DNA from: Myxococcales bacterium
GTDB lineage: Bacteria; Myxococcota_A; Polyangia; Polyangiales; Houyiibacteriaceae
Direction: 5' to 3'
Length of the DNA: 64,000 bases
Assembly: GCA_029861865.1 (NCBI GenBank)
Contig: JAOTYL010000016.1
Coordinates: forward strand, 15,633 to 79,632
In this document: piece after piece, positions 9,956 to 17,821 of the stretch
How the letters are laid out: the number at the start of each line of letters is the position of its first letter
Numbering within the stretch: position 1 is the stretch's first letter
Notes under the pieces: generated by a model
Seen by the model: only the letters and a program-made list of their open reading frames with translations
What the model was told of the DNA's origin: nothing
Databases searched by the model: none
Program-made: the position numbers and the translations under genes

Positions 9956-9957
9956 TC

Positions 9958-10284
9958 ATGGGACTCATCGTTCAGCAAAAGGCACTCGAGGCCGCGGCGG
10001 GGCTTCAGCCTCTTCTTCCGGTCATCAGAAAGGCCGATAGGGATCTGTTCGACCAGGTGCGACGGGCTATGAATAGCGTGGTGCTCAACATCGCCGAGGC
10101 CGAGGGGAATGACCCGGGAACGGCGAGGGCTCGATTCGCGAGCGCGTGTGGGTCGGCGAAAGAGGTGCGTGCGGGGCTCCAGCTCGCAGCGGCCTACGGC
10201 TACGTCGGCCCGAACCAATGCGCAGAGCTCGACATCGCGCTCGATGAGGTCTGCGCGATGTCGTGGAGACTCTCCGGGCGTTAG
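9958..10284 (+). CDS. four helix bundle protein (23S rRNA IVS / bAvd-like family), paralogue 1
   Basis: 108 aa with family motif DQVRRAMNSVVLNIAEA...F..A.GSAKEV...GY; AAAGGA RBS. Confidence 0.88.
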   Translation: MGLIVQQKALEAAAGLQPLLPVIRKADRDLFDQVRRAMNSVVLNIAEAEGNDPGTARARFASACGSAKEVRAGLQLAAAYGYVGPNQCAELDIALDEVCAMSWRLSGR

Positions 10285-10610
10285 CGTTTGGCCAAACACC
10301 ACGTGATGGCACACACCTCGTCGAGCCTCCGGTCGAGGTGGGTCGCCGTCTCAGACCCGATGTACCCCCAGTCACTCGCGATATGAAGCGCGGCGCGGAC
10401 CTCTTTGGCCGACCCGCAAGCGGTGGAAAACCGGGCCCGCGCATTCCCCGCATCACTCCCCCGAGCCTCCGCAATATTGAGCACCACACTCTGCGCGGCT
10501 CTCTTGAGCTGATCCGCCAGCGCCTTGTCCTGCCTCCGCACCACCCGGAGGAGCGGAGCGACTTCCTGCACCACCTTGCGGGCTCGAATGTAAACGTTCT
10601 CTGATCCCAT
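10281..10610 (-). CDS. four helix bundle protein (23S rRNA IVS / bAvd-like family), paralogue 2
   Basis: 109 aa, DQLKRAAQSVVLNIAEA...GSAKEV...GY; AAGGAG RBS; stop codons of the two paralogues overlap. Confidence 0.88.
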   Translation of the reverse strand: MGSENVYIRARKVVQEVAPLLRVVRRQDKALADQLKRAAQSVVLNIAEARGSDAGNARARFSTACGSAKEVRAALHIASDWGYIGSETATHLDRRLDEVCAITWCLAKR

Positions 10611-10616
10611 GATTGA

Positions 10617-10693
10617 ACTCCTTGTGTTGGGTTTGGGCCCTGTTGGCCTCACCCCGCTGTGGTCAACAGGGCGCAAACCCAAAAACAAGGAGT
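10617..10693 (-). promoter_or_regulatory. about 32-bp imperfect inverted repeat whose 3' arm (minus strand) contains the RBS of paralogue 2
   Basis: actccttgtgttgggtttgggccctgttggcc (10617-10648) versus ggtcaacagggcgcaaacccaaaaacaaggagt (10661-10693). Confidence 0.8.
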
Positions 10694-10701
10694 CCCTAGG
10701 A

Positions 10702-10893
10702 CAGTGCCAGTGACAGCGACAGTGACAGTGACAGCGACAGCGACAGTGACAGCGACAGCGACAGTGACAGTGACAGTGACAGTGACAGTGACAGTGCCAG
10801 CGCCAGTGCCAGTACCAGTGCCAGCGACAGTGCCAGTGCCAGTGCCAGTGCCAGCGACAGCGACAGTGCCAGTGTCAGTGCCAGTGCTCGTGC
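10702..10893 (+). repeat. CAGYGN hexamer tandem array (about 31-32 units)
   Basis: Uninterrupted 6-bp periodic cagtga/cagcga/cagtgc units following ctagga. Confidence 0.92.
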
Positions 10894-10905
10894 CAGGTCA
10901 GTGGC

Positions 10906-13900
10906 TCATAGCCACTTTTGGATGTGCATGCCTAGTGTTCCTGCGCGCATCTTCGTTCGTTGTCTGGGTCGCACTCGGAACCTCAGCTCGTGTCCACCGC
11001 TCGCTTCGACCGTGAAGGCTCCACGCCAGGTGCTTCGGTCTTCTTTCCCCTTAGCCTCGAACGGCACCAGGATTCGCGATGGCCTGTCGTGCGTCCGTGC
11101 TCCGAAAGCAACCACCGCTTCCACGTCGAGTTCCCGCGCGTCGAGGCCCGGGTGGTGGAGGGAGAGCTCGGCTGAAACCGTGGTGCCGACGATGAGCTCG
11201 TCTGCGCCGAGGCCTCCGAACCGCACGCTTTCCATTGCGATCTCGCCCCAATGCGCGCGCAGCCTCTCGGCGAGATCGGCCAGCGCAAAGAGTGGCCGGT
11301 AGTTCGATTCGCGGAGCGCCACCGCGTCTTTCATGGCCGGTTCGTAGAACATATCGGCATAGTCGGTCACCATTCGGCGAGATGAAAAGCGAGGAATGAT
11401 ACTTGCCATACTGGCCTTCATTCGCTCGACCCATTCGAGCGGTATGCCGGCATCGTTGCGCCGCTTGTAGGTGGGAAGAATTTCCGACTCAAGTAAGGCC
11501 ATCGTGACGGCGCGATCGTATGCGCTCGGGTCGTGGATGGTCGTTGCCGGCAAGTCGATGACCCAGCCATTGTCACCCTCGTACCCCTCGATCCACCAGC
11601 CGTCGTCGACGCTGAGGTTCAAGCAGCCGTTCATCGCGGCCTTCATGCCCGAAGTACCGCTTGCTTCGAGCGGGCGGGTTGGAGTGTTGAGCCAAACGTC
11701 GCACCCGGCGACCATTCGGCGGGCTTCGTCGATCGAATAGTTCTCGATGAAGATGACTTTTCCGACCAAATCGGGGTGTTTGGTGGCTTGATAGACCCTC
11801 TGCAGTAGCGCCCTCCCTTGCCCGTCGGCGGGATGTGCCTTGCCGGCGTAGATCAGCGTGGCCCCGGGGTTTCCATCGACGAGCTTGGCCAGCCGTTCGG
11901 GCTCGCTGAGCAGAAGGTCTGCACGTTTGTAGGGTGCAAACCTGCGCGCGAAGCCGATGAAGAGTCGATCCTCGTCGAGTTGGGCGAGAATGTCCTGAAG
12001 CACCGAAAGGTTTTCGCGACGACGAGTCCACGTCTTGGTGAGGTGGTCCTTGAGCCAGCCGACGAAGTCCTGCCGAAGCTCCTGATGCACGCTCCATACC
12101 TCGGCGGGGTCATGGTGACGCAGCCACTCCCACCGGTCGGCGTCTTCGATCGAATCGCGCCAGTTTGGGCCCATCTCCCGCTCGGCCAATCGCTGCCATC
12201 GAGGAGCAAGCCAGCTTGGGACGTGGACACCGTTTGTGATGCTGGTGGACGGGACGTCGTCGGCGCTGTCCATATCGGGGTAGAACTGGAGAAACATCTG
12301 GCGGGCGACCTCGCCATGCTTCGCACTTACTCCGTTGATGCGCCCGGAGCTCCTGACCGCCAACGCAGTGGTGCCGAACTCGTTGGGCTTCCCTTGGGGG
12401 GTGTGGCCCATCGCCATGAGGCGGGGCCAGTCTAGTCGCAGGACGTGCTCGAAACGTGACAAAAAAGGCCGCACCATCTCCTCGGGGAAATGGTCGTGCC
12501 CGGCCGGCACGGGTGTATGGGTCGTGAACACGGTCGTGTTGCGAATGTACTCGAACGCTTCCTGCGAGCGCAGGCCGTGCCGTTGAATCAGGTGCGCGGC
12601 ACGCGCGATGAGCAGAAAGGCGCTGTGTCCCTCATTCATGTGAAACACGTCCGGATCGATGTCGAGTTCGGTGAGGAGCTGGTAACCTCCGAGGCCGAGG
12701 ATCATCTCCTGCCGCAGCCGATGTTCCGGGTCACCGCCGTAGAGTCGATTGGTGATCGCGCGGTCCTCTGGCTTGTTGTCCGAGATGTCCGTATCGAGCA
12801 AGAAGAGCGGGATCCGCCCGACCTTGAGCTGCCAGGCTTGCGCGTGCACGGGGCCTGTCGGCAGGGGGACGGTCACCTTGAGGGGCGCATAGGCGCCTGC
12901 CATGACTTGCTCGAAAGGTGGGTTCTGAAAGTCGTTGTTGTCTCCCCAAGCTTCCTGTTGACCGTCACGATCGATGAACTGGTGGAAGTAGCCCTCGTGG
13001 TAGGCAAGCCCAACAGCACACAATGGCAGGTTCAAATCGCTGGCGGCCTTCAGATGGTCGCCTGCGAGGATCCCGAGGCCACCGGAGTACAGCTTGAGAA
13101 AGCCTGCAATCCCAAACTCCATGCAGAAGTAGGCGATGCGAGGCTCCGGCATCTCGGTCGAGCTCGGCAAGCGCTGATGAACTTCTTCGACACTGCGCAC
13201 GTACTCCGCGTCCATCGCGAGGTTCATGAGCCTGTCTGGCTTTACCTGGTCGAGAAGCGCGTGCGGGTTCTCCTCGAGCTCGAACCAGAGGGTCGGGTCG
13301 AGACGCTTGAAGAGCGCGGCCGCCTCGGGATGCCAGCGCCACCATAGGTTCGCCGCGATGTCTTCTAGAGGTTGCAGCTCGTCCGGGAGGGCGTTGGCGA
13401 CGTTGAAAGTCCGAGTGTACGGCGGTGCCTCCTCTCCTTCGGCGCGGGGTAATCGTTCGACCAGGCCGAAAACGCCCGAGGTGTCAGTCGCGGCCGGCAT
13501 CGACGGCACGCTGAGTCGCTCCATGGGGAGCTCTTTTCGCCTGGCCGCGCCTGCCGCTAATGCCCGGTGATGCGCGTCTTCGTAGTGGTCCATGAAGTTG
13601 GACCACGCGGTCAACGCAGCCGTCGCGAGGGATGCCCGCCGCAGGGACTCCCGATCCTCTGGAGAGAGATCGATGAATTCGACCAGAGCCGCAGTCAGGG
13701 TGTCGCTCACTTCATCGAAGGGAACCCCCTCTCGTTTGAGCACACGAACCCCGGTTCGATCACCGTCTCCCTGGCGGGCGACCCACCGACCAAAACCCGC
13801 GCGATCCGTCGTGATGGCTGGGACGCCAAAGGCTACAGCCTCAAGCGGGGTGTATCCCCAGGGCTCGTAGAACGAGGGAAAGACACCGAGGTCTGCACCG

Positions 13901-15159
13901 GGCAGGAGGTCCCAGTACCTCTGGCGGATCAGCGGGTCGGTGCCGTCGAGGTAGATCGGCACGTGAACGACGTGTACGCGGGCGCCCGGATTATTGTCGA
14001 AGCTGAGCGCGTTCAACTTATTGGTGATCGGGTCGTTGGCCTCATCGACGAGGTCGTGTGTGCATCGAAGCGGCGGCCCCGCAGAACCGCCATGGGCCCT
14101 GTCCCAGAGTTGTCGCTTTGGCTCGGCATGTCCGGCAGGCAGCATCGCGTACAGGATGATGCGCTTCCCATCTCGGGACTCGAGCTCGGTCCGTAACTTT
14201 GCAGACGCATTCAGATAAACGTCCACGCCCTTGTTGATGTATTCGTAGCGTCCGGCCAGCGCGAAGATCAGCGTCCCGTCTCGATCGTAGGTGTCCCCGG
14301 TGGTCAACTCCGCGAGCTTGAAAAGCTCGTCTCGCGCCCGTGTACGCTGCTCGGGCATAACCGGACGAGCGCCAAAACCATTGGGCAAGATCACATCCGG
14401 TTTGCGCTTGAGAAGATGGTCGCATTCGAGGGCAGTGATCTCACTCACCGTCGTGAACACGTCTGCCGCATGTGCGGCAACCTTTTCCATCGAGTGCTTC
14501 GACGAAACCTGGAGCTCCTTGGCCGCGGCTTCCACGTCTACGCTCGGCAGAGACTGGTAGAAGTTTGGGTCGGCCTTTCGCCCCGCGAGGGAGCGTCCGA
14601 GCATTGTGGCGTGCGTGGTGAACACAGTGCCGATCTCGGGCGCTGCGGTCTTCAGGTGAAGGATGGCAGCGGCAGACATCCACTCGTGAGCTTGGACGAT
14701 CGCTGCTTGGCGAGCTGGAAGAAGAAATCGATCACGAATGTGCTCGATCACCATCCCCGTACCGTGTGCGAACAACACCGGGTCGTAGTAGTCCCAGGCG
14801 CCAAAGAGCGAATCGAGCCCGAACTCTTCCCAGTAGCGGCCGAGGATTTCGTCTTTGCGCTGGTAGAGACGCGACTGGTTGATCAGAAGGCAGCGAGGCT
14901 CGCCTGGTACCAGCCAACGCCCCATCACGACTCCGACCTCATGGTCTTTGAGAGAGTCGAGTAGCTCGGGGTCCCACACGTCCGCGCGGAACTCTGGAAC
15001 AACCCCTTCGGCTCTCGGAATGTCCGGACCAAAAGTGATATATCCGTCTTCGCCGTGTCTCTCCTGAACCTCGCGAACCCGGCTGGCCAAGACGGTGTGA
15101 ATCCCGCCGACCATGTTGCAGACCTCCCACGAGATCTCGAAGAACGCGGGCTTGCTCAT
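10906..15159 (-). CDS. glgP: fusion of GT3-type glycogen synthase-like domain and alpha-glucan (glycogen) phosphorylase
   Basis: N-half FEISWEVCNMVGGIHTV, FTTHAT, GRYEYINKG, YEPWGYTPLE (GT3); C-half AYFCMEFG, YSGGLGILAGDHLK, EASGTSGMK (PLP lysine, GT35). Confidence 0.92.
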   Translation of the reverse strand: MSKPAFFEISWEVCNMVGGIHTVLASRVREVQERHGEDGYITFGPDIPRAEGVVPEFRADVWDPELLDSLKDHEVGVVMGRWLVPGEPRCLLINQSRLYQRKDEILGRYWEEFGLDSLFGAWDYYDPVLFAHGTGMVIEHIRDRFLLPARQAAIVQAHEWMSAAAILHLKTAAPEIGTVFTTHATMLGRSLAGRKADPNFYQSLPSVDVEAAAKELQVSSKHSMEKVAAHAADVFTTVSEITALECDHLLKRKPDVILPNGFGARPVMPEQRTRARDELFKLAELTTGDTYDRDGTLIFALAGRYEYINKGVDVYLNASAKLRTELESRDGKRIILYAMLPAGHAEPKRQLWDRAHGGSAGPPLRCTHDLVDEANDPITNKLNALSFDNNPGARVHVVHVPIYLDGTDPLIRQRYWDLLPGADLGVFPSFYEPWGYTPLEAVAFGVPAITTDRAGFGRWVARQGDGDRTGVRVLKREGVPFDEVSDTLTAALVEFIDLSPEDRESLRRASLATAALTAWSNFMDHYEDAHHRALAAGAARRKELPMERLSVPSMPAATDTSGVFGLVERLPRAEGEEAPPYTRTFNVANALPDELQPLEDIAANLWWRWHPEAAALFKRLDPTLWFELEENPHALLDQVKPDRLMNLAMDAEYVRSVEEVHQRLPSSTEMPEPRIAYFCMEFGIAGFLKLYSGGLGILAGDHLKAASDLNLPLCAVGLAYHEGYFHQFIDRDGQQEAWGDNNDFQNPPFEQVMAGAYAPLKVTVPLPTGPVHAQAWQLKVGRIPLFLLDTDISDNKPEDRAITNRLYGGDPEHRLRQEMILGLGGYQLLTELDIDPDVFHMNEGHSAFLLIARAAHLIQRHGLRSQEAFEYIRNTTVFTTHTPVPAGHDHFPEEMVRPFLSRFEHVLRLDWPRLMAMGHTPQGKPNEFGTTALAVRSSGRINGVSAKHGEVARQMFLQFYPDMDSADDVPSTSITNGVHVPSWLAPRWQRLAEREMGPNWRDSIEDADRWEWLRHHDPAEVWSVHQELRQDFVGWLKDHLTKTWTRRRENLSVLQDILAQLDEDRLFIGFARRFAPYKRADLLLSEPERLAKLVDGNPGATLIYAGKAHPADGQGRALLQRVYQATKHPDLVGKVIFIENYSIDEARRMVAGCDVWLNTPTRPLEASGTSGMKAAMNGCLNLSVDDGWWIEGYEGDNGWVIDLPATTIHDPSAYDRAVTMALLESEILPTYKRRNDAGIPLEWVERMKASMASIIPRFSSRRMVTDYADMFYEPAMKDAVALRESNYRPLFALADLAERLRAHWGEIAMESVRFGGLGADELIVGTTVSAELSLHHPGLDARELDVEAVVAFGARTHDRPSRILVPFEAKGKEDRSTWRGAFTVEASGGHELRFRVRPRQRTKMRAGTLGMHIQKWL

Positions 15160-16358
15160 GCTGGTATCCGCTTCTCCAGTGGGCCCAGCACCGAGAGATT
15201 CAAATCCTTCAGCACGTTCATGTAGTGGATGAACGCGTCGTAGGGCCCCTCGTATGGACTGAAGTAGTCGTGCACCTCAGCGTCGGAGGCGGACTTGGTC
15301 GCCATGTAATAGAAATGGTCTGACGTCTGTAAGCGCCGCCAAAGCGCCAACAAGTGCGAATTGTTTCGGCGCTTCACGTCCGTGCCGAGGGCGTAGATTT
15401 CGGCAAGGGCACGCTGCTGCATCGCGTTCCCGCGCCACGCGCTGATATCGCGGGCTTCGTCTGCCCACGAGACGGTTCTGTGAAACGAAAGGTCACCAAG
15501 CGCGGGGTAGCGTTCGATGACCTGGCCTGGCGTGAGAATGTCCCAGTGCGGGTGGGTGAATAGCAGGTCGGGAAGGTGCTCGAGGAAGTCGAAGATGCCG
15601 GTTTCCCTCCATTGGTGCTCGCCAAAGGTCTCGTAGTCCATGAAGAGGTTGATCACGTCACCGGCACCGCTGTGTTGATGGACCCATTTGGCAAACTTGT
15701 CTGCCGTGAGCGGGAACTCGGCCCATGCTCGATTCGAAAACCTGAATGCGATGTCGTCGGAGAGACGGTAGTTCTTCGTCAATAGGCGCGTTTCTCTTCC
15801 GGGAACGCGATAAACGAAGTTCGGGCTTCGCCAGTCGAGAATGTCATCGGCGCCTTCGATCAGAATCGCATCGAAGCCGAGATCCGAAATAAACTGACCG
15901 ATCTCGTCGTCGTAGATGAGCTCGGTATTGCGGAACACGCGCGGCGTCTGTCCAAACTCGGACCGAATGAGGTCGACCTCGAGATCGATCTGCGCCTTGT
16001 ATTCATCCTTGTCGTAGAGCGCGGCAAGGCTGTGATAGTAGGTCTCGGCAATGAACTCGACGGCACCCGTCTTGGCGAGCCTCACGAAGCTGTTCATGAC
16101 CTCCGGCGCGTACTGCTTCATCTGTTCGATCGCTACACCGGTGACGGCATACGAAATCCGAAAGCGACCGTCGGTGCGTTCGATCAGCCGCAGCATCGAT
16201 TCATTCGCCGGCAAGTAACATTTGTCCGCCACCTTGCGGAACACTTGTCCGTTTAGCTTGGAGTCGAAGTACTCGTGGTCTTGGCCGACTTGAAGCGCCC
16301 CGTACGGCTTCAAACGGTAAGGCTGGTGCACCTCGAAATAGAAACAAACAGACGGCAT
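15156..16358 (-). CDS. glycoside hydrolase family 57 (alpha-amylase-like)
   Basis: FYFEVHQPYRL, ETYYHSL, FRNTELIY, MDYETFGEH, LQTSDHFYYM. Confidence 0.92.
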   Translation of the reverse strand: MPSVCFYFEVHQPYRLKPYGALQVGQDHEYFDSKLNGQVFRKVADKCYLPANESMLRLIERTDGRFRISYAVTGVAIEQMKQYAPEVMNSFVRLAKTGAVEFIAETYYHSLAALYDKDEYKAQIDLEVDLIRSEFGQTPRVFRNTELIYDDEIGQFISDLGFDAILIEGADDILDWRSPNFVYRVPGRETRLLTKNYRLSDDIAFRFSNRAWAEFPLTADKFAKWVHQHSGAGDVINLFMDYETFGEHQWRETGIFDFLEHLPDLLFTHPHWDILTPGQVIERYPALGDLSFHRTVSWADEARDISAWRGNAMQQRALAEIYALGTDVKRRNNSHLLALWRRLQTSDHFYYMATKSASDAEVHDYFSPYEGPYDAFIHYMNVLKDLNLSVLGPLEKRIPA

Positions 16359-16366
16359 GGTTTCTC

Positions 16367-17821
16367 CTAGGCAGCGCTCACCGATTGATAGATCGGAATG
16401 AGTTTTTCTGCAGCAGCATCCCAATGGATATGACGAATTTCTTCTCGCGCGAGGTCGACGATGACGCGCCGAAGCTCGGGCAGCTCGAGCAAGGCCACGA
16501 TCTGACTGGCCATCTTGTCGACATCCCAGAAGTCGACCTTCAAGGCGTTCCTAAGGACCTCGGAGACACCCGACTGCTTCGAGACGATGACGGGCCGGTC
16601 GTAGCTCATCGCCTCGAGCGGAGCGATCCCGAACGGTTCGGATACCGAGGGCATGACGTATACGTCGGCGGTGGAGAAGGTTCGCTCGAGATCGGCGCCT
16701 CGAACGAATCCGGGGAACCGAAACGCGTCCTCGATGCCGAGACTCTCCACCATCGCCTTCATGCGAGGCAGCATGTCTCCAGACCCGGCCATGACGAACT
16801 TCGCGTTGGGGACGTGCTGTAGCACTCGGGCGGCCGCCTGGACGAAATACTCCGGCCCTTTTTGAAAAGTGACTCGGCCAAGGAAAAGGACCACGGGCCC
16901 CGTCGATTTGCGCTGCTGTGTGTATGCCTCGACCGTTGCGCGCGTGTACACCCCGTTGTGCACTACCGAAATCTTGTCGAGGGAGGTGCCATGGACTCGG
17001 TTGATGAGGCTTCGGGTGTAGTAGCTGACCGCGATGACTCGCTTCGCGCGCTCGAGCCCCTGGCGTTCGACCGCCACGATTTCGCGATCTGCGCCCTCAG
17101 CAGCTCGATCGTACTCGAGGCTGTGGACGTGGGTGATCAGGGGAGCATTGGCGCGGGCAGCGATCTCGATGCTTGCCGGAAACGTCATCCAGTCGTGGGC
17201 ATGGACGATGTCATACTTACGTCCCCGCACCCTCCGGGTGGCCGCGGCAGCATAGCGTGCGACTTCCGCAAACAAGTCGTGACCGTAGTGAGCCTCGGTC
17301 GTTGGCTCAGTGCTCCATTCCCAGAGATCGTCTCCCAGAAGGTGTGCGTGCTCGGGCTGCCGGTGGGGGGGGCCTGGTAGCTCATGTGCTAGCCGCGCTA
17401 CGGCGGCTTCGTCGAACCCGCCGGCTGCGAGCAGCTCGAGATACGCGGATGGATCGAGATACGGCTTCAACATTGCTGGCACCTGGATCGTGCGTATCCT
17501 CGCGGAGGCGGCTCCTTCGCTTGCCTGGGCTGCCGCCGTCAGAATCGGGTCCGTCGAAAGAGACGGCTCATTCGCGATCGCCTCTTGCAGCGGACTCTCC
17601 TGGCTCTGCCAGGTCTTGACGGGGACTCGTTCGATCGCTTCGGATCCAGAAGCCCCGAGGAGGTGCATGTGTGGCGCGTCCTCTTCACCGTAGAGGCGCG
17701 GTAGCAGGAAGTCGATTTCGATGCCTCGACTCGCGAGCGCCGTCGTCAGCCCTTGGCATGCGGTCCCGAGCCCGCCGCTGATGTGCGGTGGGTACTCCCA
17801 TCCCAACATCAGCACCTTCAT
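16367..17821 (-). CDS. glycosyltransferase family 4 (glycogen-related)
   Basis: MKVLMLGWEYPPHISGGLG, HAHDWMT, FLGRVTFQKG, SEPFGIAPLEA; ATGA overlap with the upstream gene. Confidence 0.9.
   Translation of the reverse strand: MKVLMLGWEYPPHISGGLGTACQGLTTALASRGIEIDFLLPRLYGEEDAPHMHLLGASGSEAIERVPVKTWQSQESPLQEAIANEPSLSTDPILTAAAQASEGAASARIRTIQVPAMLKPYLDPSAYLELLAAGGFDEAAVARLAHELPGPPHRQPEHAHLLGDDLWEWSTEPTTEAHYGHDLFAEVARYAAAATRRVRGRKYDIVHAHDWMTFPASIEIAARANAPLITHVHSLEYDRAAEGADREIVAVERQGLERAKRVIAVSYYTRSLINRVHGTSLDKISVVHNGVYTRATVEAYTQQRKSTGPVVLFLGRVTFQKGPEYFVQAAARVLQHVPNAKFVMAGSGDMLPRMKAMVESLGIEDAFRFPGFVRGADLERTFSTADVYVMPSVSEPFGIAPLEAMSYDRPVIVSKQSGVSEVLRNALKVDFWDVDKMASQIVALLELPELRRVIVDLAREEIRHIHWDAAAEKLIPIYQSVSAA

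Noticed and set aside
9958-10610. Diversity-generating retroelement (Avd-like genes)
   Set aside because: No reverse transcriptase and no TR/VR pair with adenine-specific mismatches is visible in the window.
9860-10700. 23S rRNA intervening sequence
   Set aside because: No rRNA sequence flanks the four-helix-bundle genes.
10659-11015. ORF-track proteins with VT/VP/LT/DT dipeptide runs (also 9467-9847, 28704-29036, 28805-29116, 29851-30102, 31261-31443)
   Set aside because: They are translations of the hexamer arrays; most overlap real genes, and none has a convincing RBS or domain.
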